Virus record (IMG/VR): IMGVR_UViG_3300033141_001794
Direction: 5' to 3' (one strand)
Source of the DNA: an uncultured virus (IMG/VR IMGVR_UViG_3300033141_001794)
Taxonomy: Duplodnaviria > Heunggongvirae > Uroviricota > Caudoviricetes
DNA length: 64,000 nt
Positions 9,203 to 19,318 of the stretch are shown here, piece by piece. Within the stretch, counting starts at the first letter, position 1. Each line of letters begins with the position of its first letter. Below the pieces are notes generated by a model. The model did not search any database and had not been told where the DNA came from. It saw only the letters and a program-made list of their open reading frames with translations. The translations under genes and the position numbers were made by a program.

Positions 9203-9655
9203 GTGGAAGAATACAGAGTAAATCGTAAGAAGTCAATGGTAATTGATTTTGACCTTGATCGATCTCCTGTGGTTAAAATCTCTTACATAGAGAATCTTGA
9301 TAGAGATGTGATTGAGGATATGGGAATACTCTGTGAAGCTATCATTGTATTAATCAAAGCCGCTCCCACAGTAGGGGGAAAGCCTGATTATGAGTGTATG
9401 GCATCCTGTATCAAGCATCTTAATGAGGGGTTTATAGATGGGGATACTTATGGTGAGGGAGTTAAAGACCATAAACCCAAAAGCACATTTATGGCTTTTG
9501 TTCAGGATCTCAATATTGTTATCAATCGATACCAGAGCCAAGGCCTTTCCGGTGCTGAGATAGTAGGAGGCCTTGAAATATTAAAGCTCGATGTTTATAA
9601 GCTGTTGCAGAAGATAGCGAGCAGACAAAACCCTAATGGAGAGGAGTTGTTATGA
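9203..9655 (+). CDS. Hypothetical protein
   Basis: 150-aa ORF tightly packed in the operon. Confidence 0.6.
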   Translation: MEEYRVNRKKSMVIDFDLDRSPVVKISYIENLDRDVIEDMGILCEAIIVLIKAAPTVGGKPDYECMASCIKHLNEGFIDGDTYGEGVKDHKPKSTFMAFVQDLNIVINRYQSQGLSGAEIVGGLEILKLDVYKLLQKIASRQNPNGEELL

Positions 9656-10260
9656 GTTGGTCTCCGTATGATCGGGATGCGCCTACAGCGCACATCAAAG
9701 AAGCGCTCAGATTATTTAAAGAAAGAGGTGGAAAAACAATCGTTGAACTTGGAACGGCAAGAATGAGAATAAATCATCCTTTAGAAGAAAGTCACCATGA
9801 CTGCTGTAAGGACGGTCATGCGCTCCTACACTTTGCACAGTCTGGGGCACATGTATATTCTTGCGATGTAGATCCTTCTGCCGTTCAAATAGCAAAGGAA
9901 ATGGTAGCCAGTTACCCCAAAACAAGAGTATTGTTAAAAGATGGCCACAGATTCTTAAAAAACTTCGGGGTAGCCATTGATCTCTTAAGTCTTGATGCGT
10001 GGGATGTGGACCATCCGCAGTGTGCCTACGCGCATTTAAAGGCATATCGTATAGCAAAGAAGGCGCTCAACAAATCGGCCAATCCATTGGTTTTAATAGA
10101 TGACACGGATGTGGCTATGGTAGATGGAAAGCTTACTCCTGTTGATCCCGGTCCTGAATATCGCAGTACTGGCAAGGGTGAACTGGTCGTTCCGGAAATG
10201 ATCAAGGACGATTGGAAGGTATTAATGACAGGTCGCTGTACTCTTTTGACGAGGAAGTAA
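9652..10260 (+). CDS. Class I SAM-dependent methyltransferase (Methyltransf_24-like)
   Basis: TIVELGT, YSCDVD, IDLLSLDA, VLIDD. Confidence 0.8.
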   Translation: MSWSPYDRDAPTAHIKEALRLFKERGGKTIVELGTARMRINHPLEESHHDCCKDGHALLHFAQSGAHVYSCDVDPSAVQIAKEMVASYPKTRVLLKDGHRFLKNFGVAIDLLSLDAWDVDHPQCAYAHLKAYRIAKKALNKSANPLVLIDDTDVAMVDGKLTPVDPGPEYRSTGKGELVVPEMIKDDWKVLMTGRCTLLTRK

Positions 10261-11300
10261 TGGGGGAGAATGTATTTCATTGGTGGAGTTGTGGGAGAAA
10301 GCGGAAATATGAGACTAAAAAATCAGCAAAGCTCAGTTATAAGAAACGGAAAGGACTCAGGCTCAATGCGTATTTATGTAAGTTCTGCGGGTGCTGGCAT
10401 GTTGGACATAAGCGGAGGGAAGAAACTATGAATTTGGTAATGGTCCACATTGGGGATAACCTGCCTCCATATTTTTGGGATACGTGCGAACAGGTGAGAA
10501 GGTTCTCGGGCTGCAAGATTCATGTTGTAATACCGGGAAACTGCTTAAACCAGAACGCCATACAGAGAATAGGTGTTACTGCCACAGGTTGGGAAGAGCT
10601 TGCTAAGGATGAAATATACCAGAACTTTGAGAAGAAGTGCTATCTTCACGACTTTTGGAAGGTTACAATGGGCCGGCTGTACATATTGGAAATACTCATA
10701 AGGAGAAGACAGTTGAAGCATGTAGTTCATATTGAGAATGATGTATTGATATACCATGACCCGAATAACCTGATAAATGAATTCAAGAAAGTAGGAAAGA
10801 ACTCGGTCTTGCTTACTCCGGTTGGTGATGATTACGCCAGCGCAGCCTATTTGTATGTAAAAAATCATCATCCCATAGCAAACATGAACAGGGTAATGCT
10901 GGAAACGCTGGTTAAAGGAAAAGCCCTTTCACAAAAGCTCTTTGGCACTCCGGATCCTACAGAAATGATGATAATCGCACACCTTTGGAAGAGATACGAT
11001 AATCTTATTGCCTACTTTCCAGTATTCACCGAAGGGAAGGGGAGTGTGAACCTTCAGGCATTTAACAGTATCTTCGATGGGGCAAGCCTTGGCCAGTACG
11101 TTGGAGGGACTAATGCAGATCCACCAGGCTGGACAGGACAGCATCACTGGGCCGGGAAGAGACTGGCGCTTGGTAAGCATAGGGTTGAGTTCCGGAACAT
11201 AAGCCATGGCCGGAGGGTACCGTATCTCTTTGGAGGGAATAAAGAATACCGGATTAATAATCTGCACATTCACAGTAAAAAAGTGAAGGAGTTTATGTAG
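10260..11300 (+). CDS. Glycosyltransferase-like protein with in-frame N-terminal Zn-finger (likely second start at 10428)
   Basis: HIENDVLIY, IFDGASLGQYVGG and NLHIHSK motifs of viral GT-like proteins; N-terminal C..K..Y.T...A...AY.C..CG.WH.GH. Confidence 0.6.
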   Translation: MGENVFHWWSCGRKRKYETKKSAKLSYKKRKGLRLNAYLCKFCGCWHVGHKRREETMNLVMVHIGDNLPPYFWDTCEQVRRFSGCKIHVVIPGNCLNQNAIQRIGVTATGWEELAKDEIYQNFEKKCYLHDFWKVTMGRLYILEILIRRRQLKHVVHIENDVLIYHDPNNLINEFKKVGKNSVLLTPVGDDYASAAYLYVKNHHPIANMNRVMLETLVKGKALSQKLFGTPDPTEMMIIAHLWKRYDNLIAYFPVFTEGKGSVNLQAFNSIFDGASLGQYVGGTNADPPGWTGQHHWAGKRLALGKHRVEFRNISHGRRVPYLFGGNKEYRINNLHIHSKKVKEFM

Positions 11301-12164
11301 ATGAACCTCATAACCGGAAACAACTTTAAGGACCTGTGCGACATTGAGTGCCTTGGCTCTTCTGTGTCTGCTATGAGTGGCAAGCAGAACCCGAGCGCTG
11401 CGGAAGCCCTTGACCAATACATGAACATGTTCACCGAGGGCCACAATCTTAAAAAAGCTCTATGGCACTGTTCCAAAATGGCACAGAACAAGTTTATAGT
11501 AATCTCCCACAACTCTGACGCAAATATCCTGGACCATCCAGGAAGAGATTTTGATTTCCATTATGTAGAGGCAGAGATCCCGAACAACGTAAAAATGATA
11601 TATGCACAAAACTTAGACGTTCTGAGTTCGCGGATAAGGCCTCTACCTATTGGAGTTGAGAATTGGAAGTGGCACAAAGGCACGAAGTATGCTGAACTTA
11701 AAGCATTAATGGAGCAGGATCACCCGAGGGACAAATGGTTATACGTGAATCACGCCATTGAGACAAACCACGCAGAGAGATACGAGCCGTACATGCTTTT
11801 CGACCGGAAAGACTGGGCTACAACGAAAGGGAAGGTGTCATACCTGGAGTATCTTACTGACCTGAAGCAGCATAAGTTCAGGATATGCCCCTTCGGGAAC
11901 GGATTCGACACTCATTCAATCTGGGAAACTTTGTATATGGGCTGCATACCAATAGTGAAACGGGCTGTATTTACTGAGATGTTTAGCCGAATAATAATAC
12001 CATTCATCGTTGTTAATGATTGGAAAGAGATAAATCTTGAGATACTTAAAGAAAGCGATTACAGCGGAAGGGTTCAGACAAAACTTATGTGGCACAACAA
12101 AAACAATCCTCTTGACTTCTCCTTCTGGCAGGAAGTAATTGCTGGGAAGGTGGAGATATCGTGA
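11301..12164 (+). CDS. Exostosin-like (GT47) glycosyltransferase
   Basis: KFRICPFGNGFDTHSIWETLYMGCIPIV; HNSD, YAQN, PLPIG. Confidence 0.85.
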   Translation: MNLITGNNFKDLCDIECLGSSVSAMSGKQNPSAAEALDQYMNMFTEGHNLKKALWHCSKMAQNKFIVISHNSDANILDHPGRDFDFHYVEAEIPNNVKMIYAQNLDVLSSRIRPLPIGVENWKWHKGTKYAELKALMEQDHPRDKWLYVNHAIETNHAERYEPYMLFDRKDWATTKGKVSYLEYLTDLKQHKFRICPFGNGFDTHSIWETLYMGCIPIVKRAVFTEMFSRIIIPFIVVNDWKEINLEILKESDYSGRVQTKLMWHNKNNPLDFSFWQEVIAGKVEIS

Positions 12165-12862
12165 GAATCAAAACCACTGGCATGAAGAGATCAGGACACC
12201 ATGGAGTAATGTATTGGATAACTGCCAATATGGATATGAACACATTCCTTATTGAACCACCTGGAATATGTGTAATGGAGAAGCGCAACTATCCGAAGGA
12301 GGCGATAAGGACCGGGTTTAAAGAGAACCTTTGTATCTTCAACCGGGAAGAGATTCATAATAACAATATCAAGGAATATGAAAGTGTCTTTGCCGGCAAG
12401 CCTCATAAGAAGGTTATTACAATGCGATTTGCACCAAACCTATTTGCTTCCAGGCTGGCATTAGAAAAGAAAGTGCCGAATTCCTTGTTCGGGAAAGGAA
12501 TGAACAAACGAGCCTTTGAGATATACGAGTGGCAGATTGATAAGATTAAGAAGGACTATTTTGATGTTGTTGTTTTGTATGAAGAATTTATGGCAGTTTG
12601 GTCCTATCGCACAATGGTTGGAGAGGCGCTGGGTTTAAATAGCAATTCTATGTTTTACTTTAATCAAACCTCTAAGGACGGTGATGGCAGTAGCTTTGAT
12701 GGTTTGGCTAAGAACCCAAGCGAAATGAATGTTACCGAAAGATACAAACGACTATCACAAGAAGAAGCGCAGGTAATAATAAAGCGTAAAAAAATCATGA
12801 AATACAATAAAAAGAATTTCCCAGGATATTACTGTAGATTTATGGAGTATTTTAACTTATGA
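12161..12862 (+). CDS. Sulfotransferase-like protein
   Basis: GMKRSGHH (5'-PSB-like loop), R-x-x-x-N-x-x-AS (3'-PB-like), VLYEEF. Confidence 0.6.
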   Translation: MRIKTTGMKRSGHHGVMYWITANMDMNTFLIEPPGICVMEKRNYPKEAIRTGFKENLCIFNREEIHNNNIKEYESVFAGKPHKKVITMRFAPNLFASRLALEKKVPNSLFGKGMNKRAFEIYEWQIDKIKKDYFDVVVLYEEFMAVWSYRTMVGEALGLNSNSMFYFNQTSKDGDGSSFDGLAKNPSEMNVTERYKRLSQEEAQVIIKRKKIMKYNKKNFPGYYCRFMEYFNL

Positions 12863-13533
12863 AATTCTTACACGAAAACAGACTCAAGCTCCTGCACAAG
12901 CAGATAAGAAGTGTATTCACCCCAGAATATTACAACCGGTATATTGACGTGAGATTGGACAACCATGTTGATCGGTTTGAGTGGAGAAGGAAGGATTTTG
13001 CCAGATTAATGTCGTTGTTGGAGTTTGAGAGAGCGTATACAGGCGTTGGTTTTAATAAACTCTTAACATTCAATGGGGAAAACGATCCAGAGGTCAAGCT
13101 CATCAATTGTGACCTGTGGTTCGATGCCGCATACAAAGAGGGTCACGATTTGCATTGCCTTGAACTGAATTACAACAACTATGACTTCGTAATGATGAAC
13201 CAGACCATAGAACATTTGTACAATCCCCTCTTGGCACTCGAAAATATCTACGACCACATGGCAGAGGATGGAGTCTTATACATGAACTTCCCAGTAAACA
13301 ACATTCCTCACGATCAACCATTGAACTTCTATACTGGTTTTACCTTAATGGGAGTAGCAGCCCTTCTCCTTCAGGCAGGCTTTGAAATCACAGCGGCTGG
13401 CGAGTGGGGAAACCGTGAATATCTCAGAGTAATGATGGAAAACAGGACCTGGCCGACCTATGACGATTTAACCCAGCACTCCTTAAATGAAACCTGTTGT
13501 CCTGTAATCGGCTGGATATGGGGGCAGAAGTGA
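12859..13533 (+). CDS. Methyltransferase-like protein (Methyltransf_11-type, degenerate motif I)
   Basis: YDFVMMNQTIEHLYNPLLALENIYDHMAEDGVLYMNFP. Confidence 0.7.
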   Translation: MKFLHENRLKLLHKQIRSVFTPEYYNRYIDVRLDNHVDRFEWRRKDFARLMSLLEFERAYTGVGFNKLLTFNGENDPEVKLINCDLWFDAAYKEGHDLHCLELNYNNYDFVMMNQTIEHLYNPLLALENIYDHMAEDGVLYMNFPVNNIPHDQPLNFYTGFTLMGVAALLLQAGFEITAAGEWGNREYLRVMMENRTWPTYDDLTQHSLNETCCPVIGWIWGQK

Positions 13534-14186
13534 AAACGTCTGTATTGATACCCTGTATTCCGGAGCATTTTGTTTATCTGGATAGGGTAATCTATGCTTA
13601 TCTTAATAGCACCACCATGCCAAGCGACATTGTTGTAGTGTTAAGCCGAGCCGGTGAAGTGCCTATGCAGTATCGAAAAATGTTTAAGTCACAATTTCCC
13701 ATGGTTCAAATGGTTGAAAAGGTAGAACTGTTATATACTGGAGCTGCTTGCCGGGAGGGAGAGCAATATTGTAAAGCGGAGGTTATTATCATACAGGCTG
13801 CTGACGATATCCCTCACCCGCGCAGAGTAGAGATAGTTGAGGATTTCTTTGAGCGCTACGATATTGTATCTTTGAATCACAGCTTCATTGGCAGCACTCA
13901 ACAGGGATATAAACCTTCAGAGGAACCGATAGAGGATATCAAAGTAGTTCAACCTCACACCCTCTATGACTACCACGAAGAGAAACCTGATGAACCATAC
14001 GGAAAGATAAGCGGTTTTGCAGTGGCAGCTGGTACAATCTGTTATCGCAGGGATCTGGTAGGAAAGTTTGAATGGTCAAATGCTCGCAGAGGCCAGGACA
14101 ACATAACCTGTAAGCGAATACTGAAGAAGTTTAAGAAGTCAATTTGTATTTCGGCTCCTATTTACTATTATCTGATAAGGGATTAA
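13530..14186 (+). CDS. Glycosyltransferase family 2
   Basis: SVLIPC, IIIQAADDIPHPRRVE, GQD, YYY. Confidence 0.75.
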   Translation: MKTSVLIPCIPEHFVYLDRVIYAYLNSTTMPSDIVVVLSRAGEVPMQYRKMFKSQFPMVQMVEKVELLYTGAACREGEQYCKAEVIIIQAADDIPHPRRVEIVEDFFERYDIVSLNHSFIGSTQQGYKPSEEPIEDIKVVQPHTLYDYHEEKPDEPYGKISGFAVAAGTICYRRDLVGKFEWSNARRGQDNITCKRILKKFKKSICISAPIYYYLIRD

Positions 14187-14215
14187 AAAAAGCACAGAAA
14201 AAGCATAAGGAAATT

Positions 14216-15073
14216 ATGAACTACTTAATAGTTAGCTGTAGCACCTATGACATGGCCGGTCGCGCAATGATCCAGGGAGCCATTAACGGAATCTCTCAAT
14301 TCGACAAACACGCACACTTCTGTTGCCTTGAACAGCCTGTACACCATAACGATTGGATAGGATGGTACCGGGAGCCGGAGCAGAACGAAGAGGCCTTTCA
14401 ATGGGCTGATTGTATACTGGATATAGCAGGCCTGCACACGAACCAGGGGAACAAATATACCTGGATGGAGTTGAGGCAGAAGTACAACAAGCCCTATGTC
14501 TTCATGTCACAGAGCTATAAAACTGTGGATCCTGTCCTGTTCACCAATACGAAAGTGGTCGCTCGAGGGAAAAGGACAGCTGCGTTTCTTAGGGATCACA
14601 AAATAATAGAGACTGCTATTGCTCCGGACCTGAGTTTTCTTATTGAGCCTGAATCATATCATACTTATTACAAATATAAAGGGCTTAGAAGAGTGTTTTG
14701 TACTCACATTATCAAAGAAATTGCCCCTATGTATGAATTGTGTGAATTTGCTAAAGATGTACAAATAATTGAGAAAATGCCGCAAGGTAAAATAATTTGG
14801 GAACCAGCTCTCCCAATCACCTCTTTCCATGGTACCCCTGAACAGCATTTTGGAGTAGTGGCAGAGGCTGAAGAAATCCACACGGCTCGTTACCAAATCG
14901 CCTGTGCAGCTATCCTGGCAGGGAAAAAACCTATTATCTACAGCACCGGGGATCCTCAGTACGACACAAAGTACCTTGATCTCATGGACTATTACGGAAA
15001 GCCTCCTGATGAATTACAGGCAGAGGCGTTAATCAGTTGTCAAATAGCTGCAAAAGCGGCAATGGGGGAATAA
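14216..15073 (+). CDS. Polysaccharide pyruvyltransferase-like protein
   Basis: SQS, VARG..T, APDLSFL, HTARYQ..CAAILAGKKP pattern. Confidence 0.65.
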   Translation: MNYLIVSCSTYDMAGRAMIQGAINGISQFDKHAHFCCLEQPVHHNDWIGWYREPEQNEEAFQWADCILDIAGLHTNQGNKYTWMELRQKYNKPYVFMSQSYKTVDPVLFTNTKVVARGKRTAAFLRDHKIIETAIAPDLSFLIEPESYHTYYKYKGLRRVFCTHIIKEIAPMYELCEFAKDVQIIEKMPQGKIIWEPALPITSFHGTPEQHFGVVAEAEEIHTARYQIACAAILAGKKPIIYSTGDPQYDTKYLDLMDYYGKPPDELQAEALISCQIAAKAAMGE

Positions 15074-15531
15074 TGGATTTCCATTTAAGTTTAAGCAATA
15101 CTCTAATCAATCGGAAGAGTTGTAGAGACTTTGACCCTGATAAGAGAATAGACCAGGTTCAGATTGATTTACTTGATTGGGCATCATGCAGGGCTCCTTA
15201 TGCTTCTGGTGGTCCAAGGAGAAAGCCCATATTTGTGACTAACTTTGCAACCAAAGAAAGGCTAATGGGTGCCTGCATGGGCCAGAAGTATGTTAGAGAT
15301 TGCAGCTTGGTCTGTGTTTTCTGCGGAACGGATCCCGGGACCAGGTTAAGGCAAGGCTTCTCAAAGTTTGTATTCGACTGTTCAACAGCGTGTATGTGTG
15401 TGGACCTTATGGCAGTATCTCTCGGTTTTGGAACATGTTGGATAGGCAACTTTATTCCGGATAGAGTGGCTAAGATACTCGGCACCGATCTCCGGCCAAC
15501 AATCATTTTATTAGTGGGGTATAGGATATGA
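15073..15531 (+). CDS. Nitroreductase-family flavoprotein
   Basis: NRKSCRDF, RAPYASG, LMAVSLGFGTCWIG, ILLVGY. Confidence 0.85.
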   Translation: MDFHLSLSNTLINRKSCRDFDPDKRIDQVQIDLLDWASCRAPYASGGPRRKPIFVTNFATKERLMGACMGQKYVRDCSLVCVFCGTDPGTRLRQGFSKFVFDCSTACMCVDLMAVSLGFGTCWIGNFIPDRVAKILGTDLRPTIILLVGYRI

Positions 15532-16304
15532 AAGAACTCGGACTATCTATTAAGACAACCTCTGTATGCCAGCGCCAGTGCAAGAACTGTACTGTAAAAA
15601 GTTGGATGAAAGCTAATCCTGATTTCCACACCTCTTTTGAACAGATTGAGAACTTAATTAAATATTCAAAGATGTCAGGATATCACTTTGAGTACATCTT
15701 GCTATCTGGCGGGGAGCCGCTTTGCTGGTCAAATGTTCATGAAGGAACAAGGTTGCTTTATGAAAGTGGAATCTGCAGCAGGCTTGTTCTTTTAACAAAT
15801 GGGCTTGCAATCACCACGCACACATTAGGTATACTCCAGAGCATTATTAGTCGCGTTCACGAATTCCGTATATCCCGGTATCACGACAATGCAGAGAATA
15901 TCCGACTGGCGCAGGAGTATTTCGGGGAGCTGAAGAACAGTTACGGCAACAATGTCTTAAATGTAGTTGACAGACAAGAACACATGATACCTCCGGACAA
16001 ACCGGTACCGGACAGCCTTCCTGCAGAGTGTGGGTGTAAGGCTTATGCTATGGTGGGGGATGTTATTGATTACTGTGGACCCGCGAGGACAATAGCACAT
16101 AAATTGGGTTGGGCTATGATAAAAGCGGCTAAAATTGATAAGCCAAATTTCCTGGATGATTTTGGCAAACTTATGATAAGAGATATTTGCATTTCCAACG
16201 AAGAAGGGCAAGACGATGAATCAATTCTTCATAAATCAAATTACTGTAATATGTGCATCTCCAATACCAAGGTAGCCCGAACTCTTAAGAAGGAGCAGGC
16301 GTGA
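15528..16304 (+). CDS. Radical SAM enzyme
   Basis: CQRQCKNC (CxxxCxxC), SGGEP, TNG, extra C-terminal Cys cluster. Confidence 0.88.
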   Translation: MKELGLSIKTTSVCQRQCKNCTVKSWMKANPDFHTSFEQIENLIKYSKMSGYHFEYILLSGGEPLCWSNVHEGTRLLYESGICSRLVLLTNGLAITTHTLGILQSIISRVHEFRISRYHDNAENIRLAQEYFGELKNSYGNNVLNVVDRQEHMIPPDKPVPDSLPAECGCKAYAMVGDVIDYCGPARTIAHKLGWAMIKAAKIDKPNFLDDFGKLMIRDICISNEEGQDDESILHKSNYCNMCISNTKVARTLKKEQA

Positions 16305-16864
16305 GCAATGGGTTGTATGAAGATGGGTATAACGAAGGGAGTAAGATGGATGAAATAGAAACAGCAAGACTTAAGCAGCTGGAGCGATGCGTTCCGGATA
16401 TATGGGAATACAACGACGTTCTGTATATAGGCGCTGGGGAATACAGGCACCACTTCTTTATACCATTAAAGGTAATGCATTGTATTGTAACAGTAGCTGA
16501 AATAATCCCAGAAAACTGTGATTGGATCAGAGAAAACCACAAATGGATTGATGGTGTTTGGAATGGAGATATAAGAGATTTTATAACCGAAGAACCTCCT
16601 AAGTTTTATTACAACTCAATAATCTGGTCCCATGGAGTAGAAACCCTTCCCAAGAGCGCAGGACCTGAAATCATAAAGAAGCTGGAAGGTCTGGTCAAGA
16701 ATGGAGTGATAGTTCACATGACACCCTTCGGAGCAGCTGGCGGGACCGGGAACGTATCTGTATGGCACAGGGGGGACTTTGAAAAGCTGGGGTATCAAAC
16801 CGATTGCTTGGGGAATAAGGATGAGCGCAATAATAACCTTTTAGCGTGGAAGTACATAAAATGA
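16301..16864 (+). CDS. SAM-dependent methyltransferase
   Basis: VLYIGAG, VAEI, GDIR, IIWSHGVE. Confidence 0.75.
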   Translation: MSNGLYEDGYNEGSKMDEIETARLKQLERCVPDIWEYNDVLYIGAGEYRHHFFIPLKVMHCIVTVAEIIPENCDWIRENHKWIDGVWNGDIRDFITEEPPKFYYNSIIWSHGVETLPKSAGPEIIKKLEGLVKNGVIVHMTPFGAAGGTGNVSVWHRGDFEKLGYQTDCLGNKDERNNNLLAWKYIK

Positions 16865-17607
16865 GCTGGATAAAAAGAAACAGTAAAACAGAGTACCTGG
16901 AATTTGTAGGGAGTATTGAAGCCAAGATAACGACTGTTCCATATGCTCCCCAGGAGAAGAGGGCGCTGTGGATACGCCATGACGTTGATAAAAGCCTGGA
17001 CCATGCCCTGAGACTGGCTGAATACGAGTATAGGAACAATATTCAATCAACTTACTTCCTCCTACATACAAACGATTACTTTGATTACAGCCAGGATTTC
17101 GCAGAGAAGATAACTCTTCTGGTGGGATACGGGCATAAGATAGGGTTTCACAATGATGTGCTGGGCGCTCTCCACATACATGGAGATCACAGACTTTCAG
17201 ATATTCACATCAAAAAGCCTCTTAACTTCCTTCGCAAGTATGCCGGCGTAGTGGTCGGCACTTCCTGCCATGGCTATGTTGAATGTTACAATCGGAAGTA
17301 TTTCAATTACCAAGTATGGAGCGAATACGATTCTGAAAAGAACGAGGGTTTTGATATCCGCTGGCCTCAATTCTCATTAAAGGAGTTTGGACTTGAATAC
17401 GAAAGTTACTTCCTTCCCTACACCCATTACTATTCAGACAGCGGGGGGAATGATATCGGTTATGTGGTTGATGGTCAGAAGCCTTTTGAAAGAGCAGCCC
17501 TTCTCTCGGATAAAAACATTAAACAAGCGGTTATAATGGATTTTAACAAAGCCGAAGAAGGGCTGTTCCAATTACTTACACATCCGTGTTGGTGGGAGGA
17601 AGTATGA
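16861..17607 (+). CDS. Polysaccharide deacetylase-like protein
   Basis: IRHDVD, STYFL, IGFH, HG, YYSDS, QLLTHP.WW. Confidence 0.75.
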   Translation: MSWIKRNSKTEYLEFVGSIEAKITTVPYAPQEKRALWIRHDVDKSLDHALRLAEYEYRNNIQSTYFLLHTNDYFDYSQDFAEKITLLVGYGHKIGFHNDVLGALHIHGDHRLSDIHIKKPLNFLRKYAGVVVGTSCHGYVECYNRKYFNYQVWSEYDSEKNEGFDIRWPQFSLKEFGLEYESYFLPYTHYYSDSGGNDIGYVVDGQKPFERAALLSDKNIKQAVIMDFNKAEEGLFQLLTHPCWWEEV

Positions 17608-17930
17608 TATTTCTCTTATTCGTTGCTTTTATTATTGGAGTTTTGGTAGGTATTGGAATTACCTATGGGGACGAGCTGTATATCAAATGGCGACAAAGGG
17701 TATATGCAAGAAAATGGTTGCGCTCTCAGTGGACACCTGAAGAAATAGAGATGATGAAGAAACAGGACAAGCCGGCTCCAGAATTTAATATGATACAAGA
17801 AGAGTGTCAAAAAACAGCAGAAGATATAAAAGAATTTTGGGAAAATCAGAAAAAATACTTCAAAGATTGGTATGAGTTTTCAACAATTTGGGGGAAAAAT
17901 GAAAACAGTAGCCCTGATAGCAAGTCATAA
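17604..17930 (+). CDS. Single-pass membrane protein
   Basis: N-terminal hydrophobic helix IFLLFVAFIIGVLVGIGI. Confidence 0.55.
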   Translation: MIFLLFVAFIIGVLVGIGITYGDELYIKWRQRVYARKWLRSQWTPEEIEMMKKQDKPAPEFNMIQEECQKTAEDIKEFWENQKKYFKDWYEFSTIWGKNENSSPDSKS

Positions 17931-18657
17931 CAGAGATTTAATCCTCAGAGACTGCATTGAATGTCTAAAGCCCCAGGTAGATGATATTGTCCTTGTCGGA
18001 AGTTCAGAGTGGGTCGATGGTACTCAGGGCTGTGACGTAGAGAAGAAGGTAGCCCGGGAGATGGATCTCATTTACGTGGACCATACGAATAAGATACTGG
18101 GCCGGAAGTGGCAGGCCGGCTTGAACAGATGCAGGGAGCTTGATCCGGATGCGGTCCTGATCTGTGGTAGTGATGATCTGTTGAGGCACGACTGGGTAGA
18201 AACGGTGTCTAATAAAAAGATGTGTGATGAAACACCCTATGATTTAACAGGAGTAAACTTCTGGTATGTCTACAATCCCATTGTTGACCAGTTGGTATTA
18301 TTAAGCTATAGGGCGATTCGCAATGATCCTATTGGGGCAGGAAGGATATTTCGTAAAAGAATATTAGATTTCGCAGACTGGCAAATATTTCCAACAGAAG
18401 GAGGGATTGGTTGTGACAGGTATTCTTACAGCATAGTAAGGCGATACGATGGAAGCGTCCATCATTATGTAAATGAAGCAAAATTACTATGCGTTAAAGG
18501 CGATTGGATAATGTTAGATACCTGGGAACAGCTATTAGCAGCTGAAAGTCTTGAAGTGTTTCATTGTCCCGATAGCAAAGATGATTTTCTAAAAGAGAAT
18601 TTCCCCCTCATAGACTTCGACAAATACAGGAGGAAGCATGGAGCCTTTAAATCTTAA
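17899..18657 (+). CDS. Glycosyltransferase family 2-like protein
   Basis: ALIASHNR, N..LG.KW.AG, LICGSDDLL, GAGR. Confidence 0.7.
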   Translation: MKTVALIASHNRDLILRDCIECLKPQVDDIVLVGSSEWVDGTQGCDVEKKVAREMDLIYVDHTNKILGRKWQAGLNRCRELDPDAVLICGSDDLLRHDWVETVSNKKMCDETPYDLTGVNFWYVYNPIVDQLVLLSYRAIRNDPIGAGRIFRKRILDFADWQIFPTEGGIGCDRYSYSIVRRYDGSVHHYVNEAKLLCVKGDWIMLDTWEQLLAAESLEVFHCPDSKDDFLKENFPLIDFDKYRRKHGAFKS

Positions 18658-19318
18658 AAGAATCTATGTTTTAACTTATGATCGACCTCACAGAAAGACT
18701 CAGGATCTACTGTTCCGATTGAAGGCTCATGGGTACAGCGATGTTATTGTTCTTATGCAAGAGTGGGTAAACAGAAAAACGCACACACCTCTTATTACTA
18801 TGCGGCCTCAAAGACCTCTTCAAATTTCAATGAAAGATTTTTGTAAAAGATTAGATATGGGTTGTGCTGACATATATTATCCTAAAGTAGAATGTGCTTT
18901 AATGCTCATAGGAGGGGCTAATATACTTCCTAAAGAAATGACAGACAAATATAAAATTATCAATGCACATCCAGGAATACTACCTAAATGTCGAGGACTG
19001 GACAGTGTTAAATGGGCTATTTATAATGGAAACGAGGTTGGCGTTACTACTCATATAATTAACGAAGAGATAGATTCTGGTGAACTAATAGACCAACGGA
19101 TAATTGATATTGAATATACAGACTCTTTCCATGGGATATGTAACAAAGTATATGAGGCCGAGCTGGAAATGCTCGTTGAGGCAGTGGATAATTGTAAAAA
19201 CACAACAGATATTTTCAACGGAACCTATAAGCCTTCCCGCAGAATGCCTCACAAACAGGAAGCGCAACTCTTTGACAAGTTTAATTCCAGGAGAATAAAT
19301 GGAATTTCTAAACCTTAA
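18638..19318 (+). CDS. Formyltransferase (N10-formyl-THF dependent)
   Basis: IINAHPGILPKCRG...WAI...GVTTH.I...IDSG. Confidence 0.9.
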   Translation: MEPLNLKRIYVLTYDRPHRKTQDLLFRLKAHGYSDVIVLMQEWVNRKTHTPLITMRPQRPLQISMKDFCKRLDMGCADIYYPKVECALMLIGGANILPKEMTDKYKIINAHPGILPKCRGLDSVKWAIYNGNEVGVTTHIINEEIDSGELIDQRIIDIEYTDSFHGICNKVYEAELEMLVEAVDNCKNTTDIFNGTYKPSRRMPHKQEAQLFDKFNSRRINGISKP

